A DNA stretch of 64,000 nt from Lytechinus pictus (lineage: Eukaryota). The DNA is taken from positions 21,950,001-22,014,000 of the forward strand of contig NC_087251.1 in assembly GCF_037042905.1 (NCBI RefSeq). The letters are read 5' to 3'. The position numbers and the translations under genes are program-made. Below the pieces are notes generated by a model that was given only the letters and a program-made list of their open reading frames with translations, was not told where the DNA came from and made no database searches. The number at the start of each line of letters is the position of its first letter. The first letter of the stretch is position 1. This document shows positions 50,696 to 62,299 of this stretch, piece after piece.

Positions 50696-52511
50696 TTCTG
50701 ATATGTTTCACCCCTTCCTTTCTACTCAAATAAACACCAGAGAAACAGGTGTGTGCAATTTCATTGTTTTAAATTCTTGAATACAGCTTTTATCCAAAAT
50801 TTGTCATAGAATCTTCTGAATAACATGCATGTGGCGTTTGAATTCATAATTCTACCACTATAGTACTACACAAAGTCATTGAAAGTCCTGGGTAACTCAT
50901 CTATGTTGCTGTACACATGAAGAAAAACGTATTTATGTCAAAAAGGAAAAGAAATGAATAGAAAGGGGGCTATCTTTTCCACTGATGTTTATGGTATCTT
51001 TTCCTTTACTTGGTCTAGAATTAGCAAGATATAGAAGTGCCCATTTTAAAAAAAGGTGTATATTTAAAGGGTTAATAATAAAACATAAGGTTTACAATTA
51101 ATTCGTTAAAAAGCACACAAAAATACCAATATTTCAAAAGGGTTAAGACTTCTTTTAGGAGGAATTTAAGCATGTGTACAGTAATATAGGCAAGCGACTT
51201 CACATAAGAATGAAAGAATATTTTGTTGGAGGCTTAACTGACTTTGCAGTATGCACATGTATGTCTGTTTGGATATTTGGGAGGGTACACAGACATTAAA
51301 ACCATTCAATTTGCAGAAAACACTTCCATAACTTCAATTCAAAGGACAAATAAAAATACAAACTAAGAGTTTACATCTTTACACTATATACAATAATAAA
51401 TAGATATATCTTCATTCATTTCTATACAGCTATACTGCAATGTAAAGCATCTAAGATGATTGCTTAACCCATCTTATGGCAAATAAAACATGGGTTAGGT
51501 GGTTGCAATTCTACAACATTTGACTTGATTTTTTTTTGGGGGGGTACCCTGTCTCAAGTTTATTGTTTATCATGAAACAGGAAGGGAAAAGCCCAATGGT
51601 GGAAGGTTTGAGGATGCATACATTTTTGCAGTAAAGAAAACATGAAAATATATAAAAACTGAATACTATTTTCATTGTACCTAAGGTAACACTTCATTTT
51701 ATTGTCATTTTGTAGACAAATGAAATCTTTATCATATCAATAATAATAATAATTTATATAATCATATATTTTTATGTCAATTCAAGGTACTTTTCTTTAG
51801 TTTATGCAGCTCTAGGGGTGAATGTCAAAAGGCATAAATACAATTTAAAAAAAAAGATATTTATTCTATGAATAACCAATATTTCATTTCATTTGAAATA
51901 TCTTATTTCATTTCATTTGAAATATCTTTTTATATTTTTTTCAGAATATTAAAATGTAAATTATAAGTAAATCAAGTGGTAGTTTTTACAATTTCTACTG
52001 GGAAGAGTCATTTGGAATGAATAATTTCATCATGTATTTGTTGTGAAGCTGTGTCAAATCTTGCGCATAGACTTTTCAATCATTAATGGATCTTTGAGAA
52101 AATAAAATGAGAGGCAGAAGAGCATAATGAATATCATTTTTCAAATTTAACTACTCTTTAAACAGGCTCCCGTGGATCCAGCCCAAAGATATTAGCACAC
52201 ATTACAGCACAAATTTTTGGAGTGGTTTTCAAAATTCACATAATTGATTATCTGTTTAGAGATGCCATTGTCACATAAATAGTTTACTTCTAGGAACTAT
52301 CTGATGAAAGCAATGATTTATGGTAAAAGATAATCAGGGGTTTAGAATTTTTTATATTTCCATCACTCGTTTTACCTGCTGACCTACTCACAACAATGCT
52401 ATTTAAAAATGTTGTGGGTCCCTAGCAAAGTAAAAATATCAATTTTGATGGCACATATTTAAGCCGCTGCTATAGGTCTGGATTGTTTCACCAATAGAGT
52501 CTTTTCATTTA

Positions 52512-52916
52512 TTAGAAATGAGAATATTTTGCACACTTGCTCCATGCCTGTGTCTCGAGGGGGTTTGTAAGCCTTTTGTTCGTACAGCCAGCAAGGCATT
52601 CCCCAAGCTGGATAATGTCTTTCCTGAACGTACTAATACAGAACCAGCAGGTGTTCATGCATTGCTTGTTGCTCAACCTAGATGTCCTCCTGTCACGGAG
52701 ATGCTGACTCAGTCCGTATCCTTGGTCGTTGCTGTTGAATGGGCCAACGTCCATGTCTTGAAGGGGCTGTAGTGCTGGTGGAGCAAAGGCCTGATCAACG
52801 CCATCATCCGTGTCGGGATCCAAGATAGTGTCTAGGAAAGTCGGTGCTGCTAAGATCATACTAGGAACCACAATGGCCAGGACCAGGACTACTAAAGCAA
52901 AGATGACATGCTTCTC
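52512..52916 (-). CDS. Main coding exon of a secreted cysteine-rich neuropeptide precursor, eclosion-hormone-like (134 codons plus stop)
   Basis: Pyrimidine tract and acceptor ...ttttgaccttgcag|GAGAAG (exon starts 52916, phase 0). Reads EKHVIFALVVLVLAIVVPSMILA-A (hydrophobic signal peptide), an acidic pro-region, an RDRR furin/PC site, then a 57-aa peptide with C-x3-C-x2-C-x13-C-x3-C-x16-C. Insect EH has C-x3-C-x2-C-x12-C-x3-C-x10-C. The first 49 aa of the track ORF (52917-53063) are intronic low-complexity sequence. Confidence 0.85.
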   Translation of the reverse strand, partial: EKHVIFALVVLVLAIVVPSMILAAPTFLDTILDPDTDDGVDQAFAPPALQPLQDMDVGPFNSNDQGYGLSQHLRDRRTSRLSNKQCMNTCWFCISTFRKDIIQLGECLAGCTNKRLTNPLETQAWSKCAKYSHF

Positions 52917-53139
52917 CTGCAAGGTCAAAAAGAGAGAAAAGAAAAGAGAAAATTTAAAGATAGTTGATGATATTGATGATGATGATGATATACAACTTAA
53001 TACAGGCATAATACTAAAGTAGTCAGGTAAAATGACGAACAATCTACATGAAAATAAAAACATTTATATCCCAATTTTAAAAGATTATTTCCTTGGCGAG
53101 TGGTATAATGATATTTTCTAATTGAGGAGTCTTGTTAGT

Positions 53140-53417
53140 GAAGCATTGTGGCACAGTGGATTAGTCTCCAGACTTTGAAACAGAAGGTTGTGGTTTTGAA
53201 TCCTAGTCATGCATGGCTTAATTTCCTTCAGCAAGAAATCGGTCCACAATGTGCTGCACTTGACCCAGGTGATGTAAATGGGTACAGGCGCAACAAAATT
53301 CCTCAAAAAGCTGTGAGCTTGGGAATGGGGAGACCAACTTAGCCGGGTTAGAGGGGTGCCTTGATCACCTAAGAAGGTGGATGTGTGCGCTATACCAATT
53401 CCCCTTTACTATTATTA
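53140..53417 (+). mobile_element. tRNA-derived SINE, family A (antisense in the EH-like gene intron)
   Basis: Colinear with 4822-5100 (tggcacagtggattagtctccagactttgaaacag..., tgtgctgcacttgacccaggtg..., ggtggatgtgtgcgctata). Confidence 0.85.
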
Positions 53418-54530
53418 GAGAATCTTTGGGGGATGTTAATACTTTGTAATGCCCTTGTTTACTTTCCTTCAGCAGTTAAACTTGTATAACTTTGTTTTTT
53501 CTGGTATCTTTGTCTGCCTACTCCTTTGCTTTCATCCCCTTCTCTAACCTGATTGGTCATCACAACTCTCTAATGTCCCTTTTGTCTCCTTGTTTTCTAG
53601 TGTTGCTATTGCATGTCTGTGGTCTATATTATGGTTGTTCCACTTTATATGTTTGTCATTCTGCTAGGATCAAAAGCTTAGGCCCCTTTTGACTCTCTAA
53701 TGCCCTTGTTTGTCTGTAATGATAATGCTGGATGCTGCTGGTAGCAAACTGCATGGATCAGATAAATCAGAGTTATACTTCCTTGGAAAATCTATTTATG
53801 AATGTCAAATGTAATAGGTCCATGGTTAAACAAATGAAGAATATTTGTAAATTTATAACAGAGTTGCAAATGAAACAGCACAACTTCTTGTGGTTTTGTG
53901 TTGGAATGAAAAGCAGGCATCCGATTCATCCTATGATTATCTGTAGGTAATTAGATCAAAGATGTTGACAGCCTATTTTTTAACAGAATACTTTTCTGGT
54001 ATCATCTCATTTGATTATTAGATAAATCTCTGTCTAACTTTATATAGACCAATATGAAAAGGCTTAATATTAAAAAATTGATATATTCCTTGCACAGCAA
54101 AAATTATATGTGACAAGAAAATTACCAACACTGTTTTCTACCAAAAGATCTTAAAGAAAGTCATATGATATTCTTCTTCAGAAGTGCCTGTTCTATTTAT
54201 ATCAGTTTTGTGTGCCGAAATGAAAGCCATTTGACAGGGTGGTTAATGTGATAATTGGTAGCCGTGGTAGCCATGGGTGCTTTTATGGGGTCAATGTACA
54301 ATATTCTCAGGAAAATATGCAATTAGAGACTTTTCAAGAAGTGAGAATTACTGTGATGTATATTGGAGTCATAAGAAGTTTGAAGTTCACCTATGATAAG
54401 TGCATGTTCCTGTTCAGGAAGAGGGAGAAGAGAAGGATGTGAGCAAAGAAGTCATTTGTTAACTAATTCATTCTGAATGTGAACATCCTGTCATGTATAA
54501 ATGGCTCATTAAGCAAGATAATTCACTTAC

Positions 54531-54560
54531 GTTCAGGCTTCGCGAATTAATGTTGTGCAT
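54531..54560 (-). CDS. Alternative candidate first exon (MHNINSRSLN) of the EH-like precursor
   Basis: Minus strand ATGCACAACATTAATTCGCGAAGCCTGAAC|GTAAGT: 30 nt, phase 0, consensus donor, preceded by an A-rich UTR-like leader. Confidence 0.4.
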
Positions 54561-57515
54561 CTAAATGAATCTTGATTTTTCCTGTTTTGTTTTGTCTGTT
54601 GTTGTTTTTTACATCTTTCTTGTTTTATTAGCGTTATCCTTGTGATGCGTTTCTTTCAATTCAATTGTTCCCTTGCTGGATTCCTCCTCTATTAATATGT
54701 AGAAAAAATCTATTCTCATCCTTCTGTTTTATTATAGAATGCAAGTGGTTGAATGGTTACAGCTACATTGGTTATGTATTTCTTTTTATTTCCATTTAAT
54801 TGACAGGAATTGTCAAATTTTAATGCATTTCAGAGAATAACAACTATTACTTGCTGACATCAATTTGGTTTTAATAAATCTAAAGGAACGTAGTAAGTAG
54901 GTTTGGTTGAAAACTCACCTTAAAAAATAATACAGTTATTAATTTTTAAATTGTTGATTTTTTCTTAATATCCTATACTAGCAGGTCCCATATATTCCAC
55001 AAATTGCAGTTTGCCATTAATGAATTGATATGTTATATTGCCTTTATGTGGGAGCTGGTCGCATGTCACATTATGAAATTAAAACTTTAAAAATTCATAT
55101 CTCTTTGATATTAAAAGGATTTTTGCTAAATCTCTATATTTCTGTCATTTTCTGCTTTTATGAAAATCAACTTATAACCTTCCTCTTCAAGCTGTCAGAT
55201 TCTGTGAAAACTCATTAATATTCAATAAAAATGAATAAATCATTAGTTGGCAGGATTTTTTTTCCTCAATAGTATGTATTCTTATATACCCAGGGAGTGG
55301 TGCATTTGTATGCATTGTCATGTCAGCATATAAGATTTAATTTTATGCTTTAGCCAGAATAAAGTGCTTTTGTTAGATTTTCGTAATCTTGTGTTTTGAA
55401 AAAATTAATAAAAAAGGCACAAAACATAATCATTTTCAGTAACCATTATTTCTAGCTATAGAATATACTATTTGATAAAACAGAAACAATCTTATTGTTT
55501 TGATTTGAATGTAGCTTTCATAAGCAGTGTGAATTGTTATGATACTCTGTACATTCTTGATACAAAATAACTACAATCTAATGACGTTTAAAACCTGTTA
55601 AGAATCAATGGTTTGTGTATTTTTGACATTTACACTGATAATATAGTGCGATTCCAGTTGCCAATATGGGATGTAATCTTGATTACTCAAATTTTACTTA
55701 GGCCTACTGATTTCCTTCTGAAGTATCGCAGTGAATTTGTACAATTGTTATCTTAAATTGGAATTATTCATGTGCTATTAAAGCAGATACGAACAAATAG
55801 CGCCATCTCGAGTCCTCAACTACTCATACCTGGCAAGTTTCCTCACCCATAATGCTTATGTAGTCTAGTAATATAAACCCACTTGAATGATAACATGCTA
55901 TTTAACTTATCAATACATTTATACCGCAATAATTATGTTACCAAGTAGAAAAACAATTACTTTTCCCCTCAAAACATTTTAGTTTCTCTATACAAATACA
56001 ATTACAGGTCAATTTATTCTCTGTAGTATTAGTAGATATCTGAAAACATATATTTCAAGACAATGTATTTATAACGCACAGTCAATGAGAGACCACACAC
56101 AGTTCATTCCCCTTTAATAACAGTTGATTTTGATAGTCTGCTAGCTGAATCCCATCCTTATTCAATTAACTAAATACTTTTTCTTAACCCCTAACATATT
56201 TCCTGAATTGAATCGATGCATTTATAACATAGGTATTGACATGTAACACATTATTATATACTTTCATCAAATATTATTTCAATGCTATTATTAAAAAAAA
56301 AAAAAAAAAATTAAGGGAAAAAATGTGTTCCTTGAACTCTCAAAATTGTGACATAATTATGTGAAAAATATACACATTTGTAGAATGAGTATCAGCATCA
56401 GTGATCATATGTGCAGTTTCACAAAAATCCAATTAAGGGCGATAGTTAACTAAGAAAATTGTTTTAAATGCTTACTGCTACCTGGTGCCTAGCAACTTGA
56501 AATTTGATACAGTGCTAATGCACAATTCAAAGAAAAATCATATAGACCTAGATGTGTGTGCAAAATCCAGTCTCCCTAATCTACCCTGCATTGCAATGGA
56601 CATGATTATTAATTAACTCACGGGCATACAGATCTCGGCATTTGAAAGTTGAAATGGTCTAGGAATTAGACCACTTTACTAAAAAAAAAATTTATGTACC
56701 TTGTGTGTGGTATTCCATTGAACTGTCATGATAATTCCGCCACAATACTTTGGCCACAAATATGATTTGTATACATTGTTTGTTGCTATGTTGGGAATTC
56801 CTCACAAACTTTTAATCCCCCCCCCCAAAAAAAAATGAATGGATTATCCAAAAATGAACCGATTTGTATTCTGGTGTATTTGCAAATAACTCGGATGGAA
56901 ATTCAATTTGAATTATTTTCCATGACCATGAATATTTATTATTTAGTCCAAAGTGCTTTAAAAATTGGCATATAGTAATAGTATATGGAAAATAATAACT
57001 GTAATTTGAAGGTTTATAAGAACAATGATGGATGAATTCCAAACATTTTAAGTATTGTCAGAGGAAATATTGCAATATCGTTTAGTTAAAATATGATATT
57101 GAATTATTTCATTTTTATACATTTGATCCTCCTATCATTTCCCTCAAAAGAAAATGACAAGATTTCCTGATAATAATGAATAATTTTTTTTATTTGGTTT
57201 CAAACTGAATTACTAAAGTGGTAACTTTATGATATTAAAATGTTTTAAATGTATAAAATCAACAGTTTGGTTCCAAAAACATAATTATGATTATGTAGTA
57301 ATGTATCAACAACTTGTAGAAAATGATATGAATGTACATGTAAAAATAATTCCTCCCTATAGCATTAAATTGTATGATACAGAAAAACAATATAAAAGAA
57401 ACAAACCAAACATTTAGACTGATTTTAGTCGATTTTAACAATTTTGCCTATAAATAAAATTGAACGAATTATGATATTTCAAAAGGGTGTAAAAAAGTAA
57501 TTAAAAAAAACTTAC

Positions 57516-57518
57516 CAT
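57516..57518 (-). CDS. Candidate first coding exon (initiator ATG only) of the EH-like precursor
   Basis: Minus strand reads agaaaATG|GTAAGT: A-rich start context followed directly by a consensus donor. A phase-0 join to 52916 gives MEKHVIFALVVL... (135 aa) across a ~4.6-kb intron. Promoter-like motifs lie upstream. Confidence 0.6.
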
Positions 57519-57729
57519 TTTCTAAGGCTGTTATTACACTATCCCAAACACCAAATGCAGGTGGTGCTGCTCTCTTTAATAGGTTTGGAATTTTTCCTCT
57601 TTTTTTGTAGATGGTGTAGAAGAATATCACTGGAAAAATTTGGCTGTGGCAACAGAAATAAAACTCTAAACCAGCAGGCTAATTATCAGGAATAATACTT
57701 CATGTGGAGTGTTACTGATCTTTGATCCA

Positions 57730-58000
57730 GGCTGAGTCAGTTAAAATTTGAAAGTCCCTCTGCCTTTTCCTTATTAGCTAGCTATAGTGATCTTAGGCAC
57801 AAAACTCATCCACTTATATCCATGTTCACAACTGCTGCTCTCCCACGTATTCATTTCATATTCCTGCACTCACAAAAACTTCCTGTGCATCGTAGTAAGT
57901 GCTTGTGGTGAATGGAAGGGGAGGGGCTTGAGTGATTAGCTGGATATGATTGGCTACCTTGCTGTGAGGTAAGCTGTAGAAGGATGTCGTGATTGGCTGG
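57730..58000 (-). promoter_or_regulatory. Putative promoter of the EH-like gene
   Basis: Two CCAAT boxes on the minus strand (ATTGG at 57949-57953 and 57992-57996), GGGGAGGGGC box at 57918-57927, TATAAG at 57818-57813 and AP-1-type TGAGTCA at 57733-57739, all upstream of the ATG|GTAAGT exon. Motif inspection only. Confidence 0.4.
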
Positions 58001-58520
58001 TGTCTGCCTAGTCACCACCAACTAATGGCAAATGGGGTGCTTTCCACTCCACAACTTGTCACAAGTTGAAGTACATGTACAATCAGAAATCTCTCTATCT
58101 ATCTGACTCTCTTCTTATCATTCTTTTTTTGTAATTATTGGTATGCTGAAGTAAAGTTAGAGCCAACATGGGGCTCTCTATATGGGGAATACTATTTGTA
58201 ATGAATTTTGTATATAAAGAGAAAAAATCCTTTGTGATTTGCACTTTATTGTTGGTGTAATTATTCTGTAATGCAGTTGAAACAATCGTTATGGTCTTTG
58301 GGGGAGTTTTGCCATTGTCTAGTAAAGACTGAATTATTTTTTTCAGAAAATTGATAGGCTTTTTTGATGTTTTCACATTTTTTAATTTGTCCTAATAAAC
58401 ACTAGAATATATGATTTTAACAAGAATTTTAGTTTGTTCAGAATATTTCTTGACTTTCAATTTCATTTCTGCAGAAATATAGGAATCGTATAGGAGTGAG
58501 AAATTGAAGTACATCATTGG

Positions 58521-58621
58521 AAAGAAAGAATAGGGTTAAAAATGAAAATTACTATTTACCTGAATATATGATGTAAAGAAAGAATAGGGTTAAAAATGAA
58601 AATGACTATTTACCTGAATAT
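58521..58621 (+). repeat. ~47-bp tandem duplication
   Basis: aaagaaagaatagggttaaaaatgaaaat.actatttacctgaatat occurs twice. Confidence 0.9.
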
Positions 58622-60380
58622 GTGATGAAGTGTCAAAAGTCATTTCTGATTTCTTTGCAATAGTTTTGATTACACAGAATTAATTTTTATTGATAATTTT
58701 ATTTGGCCATTGCAGCTTTAGTTTTTGAATGAAGATTGATATTTGATGTAAGAACTACATGTAAAATTTTATCTCATTGATATATTGAAAAATTAAGAAA
58801 TTGATTTTCAGTATCCAATATATTCTATTGGAAAATGAAATGCCCCGAATTCTACCAATTTAAACTTGTCTTTGAATATTTAGCTTTCTTATTCACAAAA
58901 AACTGATATAACCTTTGCAATCAGAAAAGGGGGGAGGATGGGGTATGTCTCGGACATTTCCTGTTTTAGTCTTTCTCCAGTTAGACCAAGTGCAATAAAA
59001 CAGGCACACATCACAAAGACTATTTTATCAGTTACATGATATGTCTAGCCCTCACCTCTTTTTAAATTAAAATCAGAGATTAGAAAATAACTCTTTGTAA
59101 TACAACATTGTTCTTTTTACCACAATATGTTTTCAAAGAATCAACACCTACACACTAAAAATGCCTTTCTTGCTGACCAGTAGATTTACCAGTAGATTGT
59201 TAGATTTACCAATTATTTACTTTTGGTCTTCTCCTTTCAAACAAACAAGCTGTTTTACAGTGCCAATTTATTGATGAATAGAATTTCACAAATACCTCCC
59301 AGACATAGCTGAGGTCATGCTAGTATTGATTATGTCTACTCTGACTGATGAAATCATCTGTAAGTAAGGTTTATATAGTAATTGGTAGGAAGATGCGGGG
59401 GAAAGTGGCTTTAACATACCTGCATGTACCTGTAGGTATAGAATATCTCAGCCCAATTGTGGTGTTAAAAAGTGGTGTTAAAAACTACACCAGTTAGTGT
59501 TCTGATATGACAGTGCTAGTTATTTTATACCTGTATCAAATTTATTGATCACATTAGTTTAACACCTAAATGTGTCATTATATCAAAGTCCTTACTGTTT
59601 TTAACACCTGAGGGTAGACTCCTCTCACAACGTCAACTGGTTATGATTTAACACTGGATTCTGATGGATACAAATAGAAGAAAAAATAGAAAATAAGATA
59701 ATGTGATATTTCTCTGGGTAGCCATTGTGGGGCAGTAACATTGGTCCGAAGCTGTGGTAGTTAGCAGTGCAAGGCAGAACTCTATACATGTCCATGTGAT
59801 AAAGTGATGAAGTATCAAAGGTCATGTGATCAAATGTCAAAAGCTCTTTTTCGACTGCATTTTTAAATCATCAGATATAGAACTTCTAGACTATCTTTTT
59901 ACTGTTTACAGATCCGCAGCTATATTTACAACTACCCAGCTTACTTGAAAAAAAAAACCAAAGTCATTCAGAAGTAATTAAAAGATTTCTTTCAGTTTTT
60001 GTTTTCAGTATTTCACTTTTTATTTGCATTGATATCTCACTGAACAAGATCTGAAGATTTGAATCACAGTTACATGCGTCACTGGGAATCTGTTTTGTTT
60101 TTTTTTATACTTTTTTTTATAGATATGAAGTATTGCAGTTATATGTCCAGCAAGGGAAACATTGCAAGTTTCCCAATGATTTCTGTTTCTTAATGTTTGT
60201 GGCATATTTATTAGGTACATATCAACCTTGTGATGCTTGCATGAAAAATAGGGTAATATTGCTGGATTTACTGATGCAGATCGAAAGATGTTTCCGAAAA
60301 ACTTTTGTTAATGTTCATTTCTGTTATGTTCAGTATACTGCAATATTATCAAAGTCTTGTTAAATTTGGACTGGGGCACA

Positions 60381-60597
60381 GGGGTGTTTCACAGGAGTTT
60401 AGTATGACCTACGTAGAGTCGCACTTAAATTCCTAGTCACTTGTGGTATAAAATGAATTGCTGTATTTGTCAAATCATGCTACAAAGACGCGCGCTAATC
60501 AATGAAATTGTGTGTTAAATATCATGTGGGCATCTACATATAAGCAGGGAAGTGTTATGCATGACTGAAGTTATGCTCTTTGTGAAACAGCCTCCCC
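60381..60597. mobile_element. Diverged copy of the 8441-8650 MITE family
   Basis: ggggtgtttcaca...tagtatgac...tcgcacttaaat start and ctttgtgaaaca end. Confidence 0.7.
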
Positions 60598-62010
60598 CCC
60601 CCCCCCCCGGTTAGCAACAAATACTAGCTAAAATGCTATGATACACATCCAAAGCATATAAAAACGATCTTTCAGAAAGATAACGATAGTGATTTCTTAG
60701 TGGAGACCTGTTTGCTGAACTGTCAAACGGTGCAAACAGGACTCGCTTAGTCTTGCTTAAATTCACATATGTTGTGTACAGGCACATAGAAGTTTGAAAA
60801 AATGTTTCGGTTCACACAAAGGCAAGCTAATGTTACAAATGTGACAGGAGATTGAATTGATCTCTTCCTTTCGTCGGTCGTCGTAGCATGAAGGAACAAA
60901 AAAAATAAACGTTTACTGCTATGACTTTGAAATAATTTGACCTGTTCACCTTATCTTCTCTGAAAGTGAATCTATGAGAGTAAAGGTCAAACCAATTTGT
61001 CTCCTGTACCTCATACAGGAGATGGCCAATTTTACATTGACCCTAACCTCTTTTATCCAATCATCAGTGACTATATGACAGAGTTTCCATGGCAACCGTT
61101 GATTGCTCATACCACCAACTTTCAATGCTTTGGACAGATGTTTGAAACATGTTAATACCACTGGTCTACACTAATTCATTGCAACCCCCCCTCCATATGG
61201 AGCCTTTATTGGCAAGTTCAGGGTTATGATATTCATTTTGCTGATACAGCATGTAGTTAAAGGATTAATGTCGAGGGGTTCTACGCTGGTTGTAATGAAC
61301 TTGTTGCTATTGTCATGGACAGTTGGAGCTTTTGGTGATTAGTTTTGGAAGGGGTATCTATTGTTCATCGGATGAATTTTGGGAGCCATCCAAGAAAGAA
61401 AGTTTAGTATAGCAATGTTCCTACTATATAATTCAAACTAAACCTTACTGAACCTAAACTGAAGGAGTCAGGACAAGATTCTGTTACAGTTAAAGCTTTC
61501 AATTTTTAACTAAAATTTACTCCTCTCCTCTGGAATGAAATTGGCTGCATTATATCACTGATCAGTATTCAATTTCAAACAAAGTTGATGTTAATTTTGA
61601 GCGAGATTGGTTCAGAAGTGGCTGAAATGTGAAATGAATTCACTATTTGTTTCTGGGAAAGAGTACAATTTGAAAAAAAAATCACACGTAATAGAAATCA
61701 TCCCAGAAACATTTGGGATATTCATTTTTGCTTCAAGCCTATGAGGCTTTGTTCTCTGCTTTACCAGAAACTCCTAATATGAGTGCGAGCAGCATAGCAT
61801 TAACTTCCTGACTGCTGAATTCAGTCATTCCTGTAGACTTTGAACATAGGCACCAGGTTCCAGTAATCAACAGGTTATGTGATCATTTGAATAATTTTAC
61901 TTGAAATTCTTCAGAAATGTTAGTTGGTCTCGTGCATAGATCTTGGACATCATTGGCCTGTGTATGACACTTCCATGTAATTTCTTTCTTGGCTATCATT
62001 ACTCTTACCC

Positions 62011-62299
62011 ATAATGATAATCAAAATAGTAAGATAGGCATTTATATAGCTCCATCAATCGAGAAATAATCTATTCCTATATATCATTATCATAATCTAT
62101 TATTATTACCCAAGCTGTCTTCTAGCACTCGGTGCATTCAAGGAATTAATCCTGCCGGATACCCATTCGCCTCACCTGGATGGAGTACTGCACAGTGTGG
62201 GTAAATTTCTTGCTGAAGCAGAACATGACATGGCTGAGAATTGAACCCATGTCCCTCTGATTGAAGGACGAGAGCCACAACCACTAGACCACAATGTTC
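62011..62299 (-). mobile_element. tRNA-derived SINE, family A
   Basis: Reverse complement shows tggtctagtgg A box, gggttcaattc B box and cacactgtgcagtactccatccaggtgaggcgaatgggtatc core. Confidence 0.75.

Noticed and set aside
51559..51703. Minus-strand AATAAA hexamers (51564-51559, 51703-51698, and one overlapping the stop codon)
   Set aside because: Plausible poly(A) signals for the hormone gene, but too frequent in AT-rich DNA to choose one without 3'-end data.
52917..53063. N-terminal 49 aa of the 183-aa track ORF
   Set aside because: Runs through a (TCA)n tract and the polypyrimidine tract upstream of a clear acceptor; intronic.
55796..55814. CTCF-like motif tagcgccatctcgag (similar at ~6921 and ~1929)
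   Set aside because: Partial matches only; not supportable without PWM scoring or ChIP data.
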